Of a DNA stretch of 64,000 bases, positions 51,033 through 63,149 are shown piece after piece (position 1 is the first letter of the stretch; the number at the start of each line of letters is the position of its first letter). The stretch is from Tubiluchus corallicola (taxonomy: Eukaryota > Animalia > Priapulida), in the NCBI GenBank assembly GCA_030141605.1, contig JAQGDQ010000211.1, forward strand, positions 319,855 to 383,854. The letters are read 5' to 3'. Position numbers and translations under genes: made by a program. A model generated the notes under the pieces. The model was given only the letters and a program-made list of their open reading frames with translations, made no database searches and had not been told where the DNA came from.

Positions 51033-54000
51033 ATGGAGCAAGCGGATGAGGAAATTATGAAACACTTTGAAAAACAAAATGTGGAAGAACTACAACACTT
51101 ATTAACCAAATCTCTTAGTTTGGATGACTTGAGGTTACTACTAAAGAAGAGGGTGGTGGAACACAAAGGAGACCCTGTTCCATTTCTCAGAGCTTTGTTT
51201 TATGGGTTGCCTCATTCTTCAAAGGACGCTGACGAAAGAAAGATCTTTTTGTACAAATGTATGATTGCATTTTTGCAGAAAGATCACATGTCTGTTTCGG
51301 TTAAATCGGAAGTCGTTGGAGTTTTGCTGTCAGAAATGGACGCGCTGAAATCCAGTGAACTCATCCAACTTTCAGATCTGTACATCAACACTGTTAAAAG
51401 TCAATCCGTGGTACATGCGGGAGGGCGGGCGCATTGGCTGGATTTGTTTCCCAAGTTGTTGTCTAATGTAGCATTGCAGGACCGGATTTCTTATGATGGC
51501 GGTACGGTGACAGGTGAATCGTGCAAGCGACAAATACTCGAATCATTTTGTGCGATCGAGTGGAACCCGGAGATAGTGTTGCCGTTAGCAACCATGTTTA
51601 AAGATATTAGTTTAGGTAACGATGAATTAAAGCTACTTATAGATAGGCTTTTAGCTGTGCTTTCCCATCTGGAGCTTCAGAAGATTCCCGCTCTTGTCAA
51701 TCGCTTGCTGCTCTTGTCTACCAAAGGTCACAGAATTCTCATTTTACAGGGAATTATCGATTTCTTCGTGAAAGAAGACAAAAAGTTTGAGAGGGAGTCT
51801 TCTCGGAACAGGGACTTCGAGGAAGATGGCTACAGTGTGGAGAATCTTCGGCAGGTTGAAGGGACGGCCACGTTGTACGTTGTGTTCAGTGTCAGACAAG
51901 ACCAAGAGCTGGGAAAGGAGTACATCAGACATCTCAAGACACATCAACACACTCCGGCAGTTATCTTCACGAACTTCAATGTTGCTTTGATGCTTGCCGT
52001 AAGTCAGATTAACCAGTTTGAAGAGCAGATGCAAGATTTATTAAAAAACTGCATTATCAAGTGTTACCGTGACAACATGAATGCACAGACCGAATGGACA
52101 GGCAGAATAATTAAAGAGGATTTTGATGTGGAGGCATGCTTATCTAACGTTGTGTGGAATAGTTCCTATGGATGGGATCATGTTACTTACGGACTGATGC
52201 ACCTGGGTTTTGTACTAATGGACAGCTATGGACCCAAGGGGGCATTTGGTAAAGTAGATTTGTCCGCGGTATTTCATCGTACTCCTGCAAACAAGTCGTG
52301 CGAGCTCGGCAGCAACATTCTCTTTGAGACGTTTAAGTTGCACAAAATTTCGAGGGCGAAGATAGTGGATCAAATTCTTAGCCGATTAGTTAGTAAAGCA
52401 ACGAGTCCAGTAAATCATTATCTGCATTTGCTTGCAAGTATCATAAACTACAGTCCTCAAATCATGTTGGAATGGACGCACAAGATCAGAGAGGTGTTCG
52501 ATTATTTGTGTTTTCTGCCCGAGGCTAGCGGGCGAGCGTTCCTCGTCGCCATACAACCGCTGATGAAAGTTAGTTTGCCTCTGAAAGATGCCGTGATGTT
52601 GGTCCTCAGAAAGTCCATATTCTCCAACCAGCCGGAAGCGAGAAAGATTGCCGTTGTCGGGTATCTGCTAATTCTGAAGAACTTCAAAGTTTTGGGCGAA
52701 ATCAGATCGAGCCAGAGTAGCCAGAGCAGCCAGTCGTCCACCCACTGGATCAGTCAAGTGCAGGTGGAAGCAGACGTTCATCACAGATCCGCTAGAGCAA
52801 ACGTCAACGAAACTTTGTGTTTGGAAATTCTGGCCAGTTTGCATCGTTGTCTGAAACAGCAGTTAGATATCCGGTTGATGTTATACGCGGGATTAGCTGA
52901 CGTCGTGCACGTGAATAAGCAGCTGCGAGGACCTGTCAAGCAACTCCTTCTTACGCACTTGAAGACGTACTACGAACGGGACAAAATGCCGCCTGTTTTC
53001 TTGGATAAATGCGTCAGCGAAAATGCCGAAACGGTTTTCTTAACCGAGCCGCTTTCTCATTTGCTGTCGAGCATCGTTCATTGTTTTGTGGGTGTAGATG
53101 CAGGTAATGATGACGACGATGATGATACTTCCCGTGCGGAATGCGAACAGCTGCTTCGGTCGATTACGCATTCTGTATTAAATTGTGAAACGGAGGACTT
53201 TGGTCTGGACAAAACGTCTGACTTCACTTCCGACACGAGCACCGGAATGAAAAACAAAATTTCCGCTACCCTGCTGATGGGCATTTACGAAGTCCTTCTT
53301 GAAGCAAATTTTCTGCAAAACGAATCATTAAAGAAAGAAGATTGCGAGAAGGTTGTTCAACTGTTTGACAGGTTTTCTGAAGTGAGCGAGCTCCTTCGAA
53401 ATGCGGCAGCGGTCGGCAAAAAAGGAAAGCAGCACGTTTCTTTAAAGCAGCCCAAAAGCATGTTTTCCTTGCGTTTCGTTGGCAAGTTTTTAGAGTCTTT
53501 ATACGACAACAAATCACGTGCAGATGAAGTTTCAAATTTCGCCGAATTACGGCAACGCTTAGATATCACTGGTCACGTCGTCGTCGTTGCCGTGCAAAAA
53601 TTGAAGGAGCTTTGCACGAGTACAGCGGACGTGGACAGATATTTTGACTGCTGTTGCCAAATTGCAAGATCGTTGCTCGTTTGTTACAGGAAAGGCGATC
53701 GTGAGGCGAGCGCAAATCGCGAACAAAAAGAGGTGATGCAGCATTGCTCGGAAGCCCTGGCTTCTGTCGTACACGTGTGCTGCTTGCGTTACAGGAATCA
53801 ACTCGGTGACTTTATCGCTCGTGTGTTAGCAACGGAGGCTGATGAGCGCGCTGCGGAGGAGGACCTCCTACACGGGTTGATCAAGCGGATGCAGGATGTT
53901 GTTCTGCCATTGCTGAATGACGAAAGACAGCAAAACGGTCAGCACGCTAAAGAGTTGGTTCATTTATTATCAATCATCAGTGAACTGGCAGACGAGTATC

Positions 54001-57000
54001 CTCACTCCAGCGCGCATCTACACGAGCTGCAGAAATGGCTTCAACACCTCTGCTGTGAACAAAAGGTAAGGACAAGTCACTCGATATGTTATCACTTAAA
54101 CTTAGAAAAATATAAAGAAATTTGCAAAAAACTGCCTACAAAGTGTAAATTTAAAATATGCATTCTCTGAACGGAAATTTTCAGGCGTGGTGGTAGCCGC
54201 CATTAATTTCAAAATCATGACGTAACTGGGAAACTTCATGACTTTTCGTAAGCGCATTGTAGCTTTCTGTAAGTGTGCCACTTAAACTAATTCAAACTTC
54301 TGTAGCTTACCTAATGTTCATGCAAAAGTACAAATTAGCTATCTATTTTTTTGAGGAATGACAAAAAATTCTTTTACCTTTTACCCTTATAACTTACAGT
54401 GCATCGTGTTTATTCAGTCGATAAATGACATATCATTTTGTGGAAGCGTGGGTGTTCAAAATGGGAGCACCTTACCATAAAATGATCGCAACTCTAAAGT
54501 GATTTTACTAATTACACAAGGCGCTTATCGCACTTTTATTACTAAATCCTAACATTTTTCGCTAACGTTGAAATAAGACCAACTTCCCAGAAGACTTGAT
54601 CTTTCCTTTAAATTTCACCTGGTATTTTCAGGTGGATGAGTTACCCGTATTGAGGAGCCTGCTGACTTTACTTTTATCCACGACGTACAAGATTTCCGGT
54701 TGTGCCAAAATTCTGTTCGGGTTGTCGCAGGACATTCACGTCCAACTGAAAGACATTGATGAAGACATAGACCTGAGTGCTGAAGACCAGAACTTTGCCG
54801 TCGTGAGTTCACGGAACGCAGTGCACTGTGCTACAATCTTGATACAACAGGTAGATTTTCTGGTGAATTCATAAATACTTTTGAAAAAAATTCTCACAGC
54901 AAAGAAATTGAAAACAATGGTGTTTCAGTCCACCTCTCTAGTCTAGACTATCTACAGGTGAAATTAATCTAGAATGCAAAGTGTTGGGTTACTCCACCTA
55001 TTGATACAGTCAATAAGGTATATTGCGTCAATGGGTCAATAGGGTATAAGATATTCCTTTATAAGGGACCACCAACACCGGTCCCGATTTTTCGTAACGT
55101 TTTTCCTTCGTGTATAAGGTACTCGGATATAAGGGACTTTCTGTTATAATGGACGATATATTCAGGGCCGCGTAATAGAAACCCTCGGAAATTACCTCGC
55201 ATGTATATAAGGAGGGATCCTATGATCAAAACGAAATTGATCGATTTTTAACCTCAATTTTTCGCAAACTCGGCCTTCAAACAGCTCGGTTTCTGCAGTC
55301 ACATACATCTCTCATCACTGAAGGAGCTTCCTACATACCGTTTGCACTAAATATGTAGCAATAATCCATAAAAATATTGGTAAAAGTACAGGTCTAGATA
55401 CACCCTCGGTTTAACTCAACTTCGGCTATAAGGGACAATTTTTTCTGTTAGGGAGGAGTCCTTTATATCCCCTAGGTTGACTGTATGTTATTTCAAACAC
55501 CAATTACCACTGTTGTGGAATCCATTTTTCCTGAAGTTTAGAAAGCAAATCATGTTTGTGATGTCACAATATTGAAAATTGATAAAAATTTATTACATGA
55601 ACAATGGGAACAGGAACAGCATCATCTCGAAACAGACTTTTTTATAGAGTTACTTCGCAAGTAATACTATAAAGCGCACCGACAATTGGTGCTAATTTTT
55701 GCGAATTTTAAATGTAAATAACTTTGCAGAAAATGCCAAACACGAAAGAGCACAATGACAGAAACGACATATCTGTGCTTGCAAACCAAAACCGTCCAAA
55801 AGTCGGCATAGTTAAAATTACGTTATGATGCTTCAAAGTAGAAAGCACCAAAAATTTGGTCAAATGTCGTTTCTTTATTTTTATGAAAACAAATGCTAAA
55901 TATCTGGGACTTTTATATTCTAGCATCAATTTATCAAAAAAAAACTTATATTTTCAAACTCCGATTGCAGCTCATGGAAGCAGTCATTTTGCTTCAGGTT
56001 TTTCCTGTTGACAAGCCCCTGTGTAGATCTTCGTCAGGAAGAGCCATCTCCTGGATTTAAACATAACTTCAATGTGTTCTTAAAAAGTCCATAGCAACCA
56101 AACTTTTGTGTGGTTGCTAAGTGTTTTTGTAGCGACACAACAAAAAACAATGGCTGACTTTAACATATTCATTTAACATTTAACAAGATTACGTTTTTGA
56201 GTGTGCAGCCTGCACCTCAACTTCAGCATGGATTATCTCAGCTTGGAAATAACATAGAGTGATGAGCTTGGTATCAAAATTATCCTCATGAAATAGAGAT
56301 TCAGAATATTTGAACAACTAGAAAAGCTTAATTGCGGACTTATGGATGATTTTGCTATGCAAGCACACATATAGCCTAAAGTAAAATAAAGTTCTCAAAA
56401 AGAAGAAACATGAAAGCCATTGTTCACCACAACACAATGTAGAGAACACATTGGCTCACTTTGCCAATTTAGTACTGGTGTAACCAATGCACAGGAACGA
56501 ATGCACATATTACACCAATAAACTAACAGCTAATTAGTCGAAGGAGGAGACATTGAAAGACTGTGGTACAGCTGTGATTTGAACCCAGAAACTTGTACTC
56601 TCGTGGCTCAAAAACATGTTTGTTGAAAATTTGATTTGGTGAAATGAGCAAAAGCAGCGCAATTACGAACTAGAGTGTCGTAAAAATTCACTATATTCGT
56701 CCTGCCATAGCAAGCGCGCCACAGTGAATTTATTTTAGTTATAACTAATGCTGTTTTAAGCTCACATTTTCATAAAGAAGCCAGTTTATGGAGTTTAACA
56801 ATTTGGTTTAATACTCATTTTCTATTTTGAAGTCTTAAAGCAAAACCCGACCCAATTTTAAACTTTAAGTCAAAACAACCTATTCTTTAATTGCCACATA
56901 AACACGATTTCATGTTCGTGTGCCACTAGTTCTTTGGCGTTACACGCATTTCATCATTCGCTAGTTAGACGGGCACCAGCGCCTGTATTTCGGAAAACGT

Positions 57001-58713
57001 TGCACAAGAAGCAGGTGCTGTACCTCTCAGTTCAGATGTGTTAGTTTGTGATGAACTACGCACATCCGACAGCTCATGCGTGAGTAAAGCGGTAAATTTG
57101 AAACTTGAATTTTTATATTGAAACTTGCCTAGTTTCAGTACAATACACAAATTCTCTTACAGTAGCACTGTACTTCAACTTTCGCTTTCGCAAACATGTT
57201 CAGCACGCACGTGGCATATTTTTGTGGTTGAAAATTATGTTAATTTGTAATGTCATCAATAGTTGTGCTCGCCTGCCATTAATCAAGTGTTTAGTTTATT
57301 ATACAATTATCAGAAACGCTTTTGCAATATTAATTATGTTAAAATGTATACTTTTTACCGCACTTGAAAATGGGATGGTATATGCAAAATCATCCTGTCT
57401 TCCTTTAAATTTCCGGTTTTGTTTATAATTATGCTAATAATGATTGCTTAAACTAAAAGGATTGGCTTTGCCATAATAAAGTGCATTCATCTGCTTTTTC
57501 TTTACTTTGGTAATATAATAATAATAATAATAATAGTATAATAATAATAATAATAATAATCTTTATTTAAAGTCGGCTTTTGGGTCAACAATTAACATTA
57601 GCTCAAAGAGCTATTATCGCCGACTGTAAATAACGACCTACAACTACATAACAGAGACTATTGTTACCCCACTTTACCCTAAATACCACGCGTCAGGCAG
57701 GGCAACGGCAGGTACCATTTTTAAAGTCTTTGGTATGACCCGGCCGCTGGTTCGAACTCACGACCTCCCAGGCGGAAAGCAGACGCATTTCCACTAGACT
57801 AAACCATCTGGTCTTAAAATCGTCTTAATTTTAACCAGGACTTAAACCGTCTGGTCTTAATGGTGGTTTTTAAAATGTTGTTAGAGTTTATAGAATTTGT
57901 TCATTTGCTTTTCTGCAGATAGAACAGATTCTGGGTGATGTTGAATGGATCATATCAATGTTAAAGTCACGCCTGGGTAAAGGCAATGATGCGTATCAGC
58001 ACGAGAAACAAGTGATACAACAGCTAGGGATGACCATACAGTGTGTATGCGAGTTGGCTCAGTCGGCCGTACCCGTTGGCAACTGCCAGGATCTGCTGCT
58101 TCGTTCCTCCGCGAAGCTGTACAACGTCCTCGCGAGCCTCGCCAAATATTATGTCGCGGTTTGCGCCGGCGACGCCAGAAGCATCTGCTGCCGTTACGAG
58201 AAACTCGTCAAGTTGTCGGGCGCAAACCTCACAAATTTAGTCTATCCGATGATTACGTACATACAGACGACGCAGTCGGAGCGCATCCAACAGGCGGCGG
58301 ATAAGGCGAGGAAAAAGAAAACGGGCGAAAATGCCGCCGGTGGCAAAGCCGTTGCCGTTAAGACGTCCAAGTCAATACCGAACCTGGTGTTTGCCGTTGA
58401 GCAGTACGAACGTTTCCTGATTCAACTAGGAAAGAAATGCAAAGTCGATCTGATGGCTCACTTCAAGATGAGCACTGCCCGAGATTTCCGCATTGACACC
58501 AGCGCCCTCAATGCGGCGTTGGGCGAACAGAGCGATGACGACCATGATGATGATGACAACGATACTAGTATTAGTGACGAAAATCGGCCGACTGCTGAAG
58601 TAACGGCCACAAACTTGCAGGACGCTCGAGTTACGCAGACTATCGGTGAACCTCCCGCAAAGAAACTACGTGCCGGTCTTGCCAGCAAGCGTAGCAAACT
58701 CAGGCGAGAGTAG
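51033..58713 (+). CDS. FANCI: Fanconi anemia group I protein (3 coding exons, ~1348 aa)
   Basis: Exons 51033-54065, 54632-54850, 57919-58713 (phase 0, GT-AG). Motifs: GWDHVTYGL, LVLRKSIFSNQPEARKIAVVGYLLILKNFKVLG (mono-ubiquitination region), SQ cluster SSQSSQSSQ, NETLCLEIL, LSQDIH..L.DID.D, IPNLVFAVEQYERFLIQL.KK.KV.L...KMSTARDFRI, and C-terminal NLS-like PPAKK. Confidence 0.96.
54064..54611. mobile_element. Family D MITE forming almost all of FANCI coding intron 1
   Basis: Left TIR AG|GTAAGGACAAGTC straddles the exon/intron junction. Right TIR GACTTGATCTTTCCT plus TTAA ends 20 nt before the acceptor. Confidence 0.85.
55007..55483. mobile_element. Family E (Tc1/mariner-like) MITE, unexpanded copy
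   Basis: TA-CAGTCAA...AGGTTGACTG-TA. Contains one reverse copy of the 41-bp monomer at ~55391-55430. Confidence 0.75.
55771..56369. mobile_element. MITE family B copy
   Basis: Collinear with 31534-32178; both TIRs present. Confidence 0.82.
56835..57408. mobile_element. TTAA-flanked Kolobok-like MITE, family C
   Basis: Ends TTAA-AGCAAAACCCG and CCTGTCTTCCT-TTAA. The core tagatgggcactagcgcctg...ggtgctgtacct is shared with ~37465-37952, ~42268-42655 and ~49948-50300. Confidence 0.72.
57660..57806 (-). mobile_element. tRNA-derived SINE
   Basis: Minus strand shows an A box (TAGTCTAGTGG), a B box (GAGTTCGAACC), then the core GGGTCATACCAAAGACTTTAAAAATGGTACC, which resembles from recall the Meta-domain SINE core. 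Confidence 0.65.
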
Positions 58714-59079
58714 CTCCGTCGATGCTATGATATACAGTCTTTTACTGCCATACTCGATTTTTGTAAAAATGATGTAAATGTGTTTCAGTATAGTCCAGTA
58801 ATTCACCATTTAGTACTCTCAATCAGTATGTTATCAAGATTTACATCTAAAGTTTTGTTTATTACAAATTTAAGTTTATTATTTACTGTTTACCATAAAT
58901 GAATGGTAGATTGCTGTTAGCTTATTTATCATCTTTACACGTTTGATATTAAGTTTTCAAAAAATAAATCTGAAAGGTAGTCATGATTATGTACTGTTGT
59001 GGTTCGTATTACTTTTTAATTATTATAATAATTACTTTAAAGTGTAAAATTTAATTTGGTGTTGAAAAGCAAATTTTGT

Positions 59080-59742
59080 ATAATCAAACCTTTGGGACCT
59101 TGTACATTCAAACCTTTAGGACTCACACCTTTGGGACCTTGTACAATCAAACCTTTAGGACCTTGTACATTCAAACCTTTAGGACTCAAGCTTTTGGGAC
59201 CTTGTACAATCAAACGTTTAGGACTAAAACCTTTGGGTGCTTGTACAATCAAACCTTTAATACTCAAACCTTTGGGACCTTGTACAATCAAACCTTTAGG
59301 ACTCAAACCTTTGGGACTTTGTACAATCAAACCTTTAGGACTCAGACCTTTAAGAACTTGTACAATCAAGCCTTTAGGACTCAAACCTTTGGGACCTTGT
59401 ACAATCAAGCCTTTAGGACTCAAACCTTTGGGACCTTGTACATTCAAACCTTTAGGACTCACACCTTTGGGACCTTGTACAATCAAACCTTTAGGACCTT
59501 GTACATTCAAACCTTTAGGACTCAAGCCTTTGGGACCTTGTACAATGAAACCTTTAGAACGCAAACCTTTGGGCCCTTGTACAATCAAACGTTTAGGACT
59601 CAAACCTTTGGGACCTTGTACAATCAAACCTTTAGCACACAAACCTTTGGGACCTTGTACAATCAAACGTTTAGGACTCAAACCTTTGGGACCTTGTACA
59701 ATCAAATGTTTAGGACTCAAACCTTTGGGACCTTGTACAATA
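59080..59742. repeat. Composite 39-bp (24+15) minisatellite between the convergent FANCI and KATNAL2 3' ends
   Basis: aaacctttgggaccttgtacaatc and aaacctttaggactc subunits. Confidence 0.92.
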
Positions 59743-60276
59743 AAAGTTGGCATTAAGCAAGTTTAACATGATGACAAGGCACATTAATACATGCATGTCT
59801 ATGCAAACAGACGTTTTCTTTTGCCAAAAATTTGGGCGATAAGCAAATTTGGCATTACAAAAAGGGGGCATTATTACGAGGTTTGAATGTAGTTCACATT
59901 AAACCAAATAAAGTTTTTGTGTTCATATTTACACTGAATAAGGTTACTTAGAACACAAACAAACAAATTTTTACAGAAAGTGAGTAATTCATTTATTAAA
60001 CATAAAAAGATTCCTTTTTGGCTTGAGAAACTTTAATTCTCCAGCTTTTTCTTGATTTTATACATGAAAAAGTGATATTCTCATATAAGCAAGTCTAATA
60101 TAGATGAAGCCTGCAATAATATCTAATATGATCCACATTGAATTGATGCAATAACAATCCATCTACACAGTATAAAATAGTGAAATCGACTAGACAAGTG
60201 TTATTTGAACTTCACACACACACACACAATATAAGGCACAGTTTCAAAGTGAGACGATTGTCTGCAATAAGCGAAT

Positions 60277-62850
60277 TCACACAGAACCGTATTCTTGCTG
60301 CCATGCCACGTACTTTCCGGCGAGATTCCGTGCTGATGGTTTCGTACTGTGGAGCGCCTTTTCCACGTCTTTCGTTGATATTTCATCCAGTCGTAACGAT
60401 GGCAATGGATCATCACCTGCACATTCAAACAAATTTATTTACGGGTTAAAATGTTGGTTCCTCAACTGTCGGATTTTCATGCGCAAGTGGAAGGTGCATT
60501 TGCACCCCAAATTAAAAAATGTTACTGTCACCATTTCTATTACTGAATCTAAACTGTAATCTCAGTTTTTATACTGAAGTTTCCTTTTGTTTGAACTTGT
60601 GCAGGCAAACATTTTTTCATTTTAAACATTCCTTTAAGCCAGGGTTGTGCAAATTATCTGACTAGCCGGGCCACATTAAACATTCCCGCAATTCCTGTGG
60701 GCCACATGCAGTTTGGTCAAGGCGCCAAGTACAGTAGGACCTGATAACGATTTTTTTGCATCCGATTTGCGCACATCATTACTACCGCACTACTACACTC
60801 AAGAAACTATTTTAGAAGTTATTACAATTTATATTAAAAACCATATGTGTCGTCATGTCCGACAGTGACATTAAGTGACAACGGTCTTGTAAGGGTTAAT
60901 GCCATCCGATCTAGAGGAAAAGACTACCCACACCATGTTTGCGATATTGGCGCAGACTTCAGCTGGATTGCGTGGGCCGCACTTTCATTACGTTGACAAA
61001 CCTCTTCCTGTGTCGCACAAGATCTCTCGGCGGGCCGCAAGTGGCCCGCGGGCCGTAGTTTGCATACCCCTGCTTTACGGATTTTTTTATGCAAAGCTCT
61101 ACAACAGTATTTAAGTATTTATTTATCCACATAGCATTACAATGCATAGTTCGCAGCAATGCGCATTACTATTACAGCATTTTGTCGACAATTTAACAAA
61201 ATACTGCAGCGTTTCTAAGGAAATGTAACTTATAAGCTAACATGTGTCCCCATTACAATGTGTTTCAGCAGAAAACACTGTAGGGTCAAACACAAATATG
61301 TAAATATAATTAAGTACTACAAATAATATACAAATAGTATTGTAAATAAGCAACACAAAATATTACAATTATGTTTACACGTATATCATTATTTAGCCTA
61401 TAACAGCTACATGAAACATGAGTTACAGGGATGAGAATTTTCCGTGGATATGCTGAATTCCGAGTTTCTGGAAGACCAGTAGTGTCATTTTTGTAAATCG
61501 CGTAAATTCATTGAGAAAATTTTTACGGACCCAGTACATTAATTCACAAGCTGACCGCTAGATGGCAGGCCGTCACTTTGTTTGCGTCACGTACATCAGT
61601 GTAAGCATGTGTATATCTCTATGTATAAAAACATGGAATCAATTGTGCGGAGTTATTTGAGTCAATTGCAGACAGTTTTTATATACTTTTGCATAGCAGC
61701 GGCCAGTACTTAGGCGTTTTTGAGACAATTAGGTATCATGTATCCTCTATAGTTGGGTATTTTAAATTATGCATGACACAAGGTAATTGATATTTTAAAT
61801 CCACTTAGAGGCTTTCTATGGTCACAAAATTGCAATTTCAACCCCATTGCAGCCCCAAATCCCCAGGCCTGTTTCATAGTTTTTTGCAATTTATCATTTT
61901 CATCCCTGGAGTTAACATATTATGTTTGTAGCAGAGATTAGTTTCTAAATTTCGTAAGAAATCTGGTATAAAAACATGTACTCTAGTTGCTCATAGACAT
62001 ATATATGCACATAGTAAAGCTGTGTGGCTCAGGAGACCTGAAAATGGCAAAACAGTCGTAGGAATTAAAGGCCACCTCAGGAAGAAATGGAAAGGAGAAA
62101 GAGAGGGATGGATGAAAAGAACGAAAGGAAAGACAGAGAAACAGAAAGGGTATGTCGATTAGCGGTGAGCATCGAACGTTCGAACTCGATTTGAATCCAA
62201 AACTATAGATTCGAATAATTCAGCACTTCAATCACACATGTTCTTTATCACTAAAACGATTGAAACATCGTGCAATTAGCATAATTTAGCTGTGATTTCT
62301 GCACACAATTTTAAAGAAATTACTAGTCGTTTTATTGCAGAACAAAATCGAGTGATATGCATGATCTTTGTAAGACTAATTTTTACTGGTGGTTCGAAAA
62401 CTCGTTCGAAAATCTTCCAATCTCAATTCTAATTCGAAATGCTGAAGTTCAGTTCGATTCGAATTCGAAAGTCACAAATTCGGTTCGATTTGAATTCGCT
62501 TTCTGGTAGAGAATGCTCACCCCTAATGTCGATGTGAAAACCAGTGCTGTACCAAACAATGATGACAACGATATCAATAATAAAATAGTAATAACGTCAC
62601 TATCACTATTAATAAATTTTAAAGCTGAATTGACGTAAATAAACTTCCATAGCACAGAACGGGCAATACAAATCATACTACGAATGCTTATTACATGAAA
62701 ATATTATTATTGCAAAGGCCTTTTTCTTAAAAAGGAAATATATTTTTTACCTTTGTGTTCTTCCAAAACTGCGAACACTTTACGCAGTGGTTTCATTGCA
62801 GCTTCTTTACACACCAGTTTGATATCGGAACCCGTGTACCCATCACTTAT
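60277..62850 (-). CDS. KATNAL2: Katanin p60 ATPase-containing subunit A-like 2, last two coding exons (gene continues beyond the window)
   Basis: Exon 62850-62751: [33 protein letters not shown]. Exon 60416-60277: [46 protein letters not shown]. Phase-1 GT-AG junction. Matches the recalled KATNAL2 C-terminus [21 protein letters not shown]...TKPSAKNL..RY..WQREFESV. Confidence 0.88.
60640..61072. mobile_element. hAT-type MITE
   Basis: Ends CAGGGTTGTGCAAA and TTTGCATACCCCTG, with GGCCCGCGGGCC subterminal motifs. Imperfect 8-bp TSD ctttaagc/ctttacgg. Confidence 0.75.
61426..61908. mobile_element. TIR element with 6-bp TSD
   Basis: Ends CAGGGATGA and TCATCCCTG, flanked by GAGTTA on both sides. 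Confidence 0.7.
62160..62525. mobile_element. hAT-type MITE (family F) with perfect 8-bp TSD
   Basis: Ends TAGCGGTGAGCA and TGCTCACCCCTA. TSD ATGTCGAT at 62152-62159 and 62526-62533. Collinear with 15335-15722. Confidence 0.88.
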
Positions 62851-62927
62851 CTAAAACACATGTAAAATAATTGTTTCCTTAAAGTAACAATAGCTTATGT
62901 TTCTTACTAACAGATGGCGCTTGTAGC

Positions 62928-63097
62928 TTATTTACACACCAGTTTGATATCCGAGCCCATGTAACCATCACTTATCTAAACAACGTAAAATAACTGTTTC
63001 CTTAAATTAATTCTAGCTTTGTTTCTCACTAACAGATGGCGCTTGTAGCTTATTTACACACCAGTTTGATATCAGAGCCCGTGTAACCATCACTTAT
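62928..63097 (-). pseudogene. Two partial duplicates of a KATNAL2 exon (acceptor + 15 codons + TAA)
   Basis: 62975-62928 reads [15 protein letters not shown]; 63097-63050 reads [15 protein letters not shown]. Each is preceded by ttttacgttgtttag. Confidence 0.8.
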
Positions 63098-63149
63098 CTA
63101 AACAACGTAAAATAATTGTTTCCTTAAATTAATTCTAGCTTTGTTTCTC

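Noticed and set aside
54066-54170. C-terminal 34 aa of the 1045-aa ORF as the FANCI end
   Set aside because: Read-through into the intron/MITE. Conserved FANCI sequence resumes at 54632 and 57919.
59037-59766. Collagen-like (QGPKG) repeat ORFs
   Set aside because: A 39-bp minisatellite open on both strands, with no sustained Gly-X-Y periodicity, lying past the FANCI poly(A) signal.
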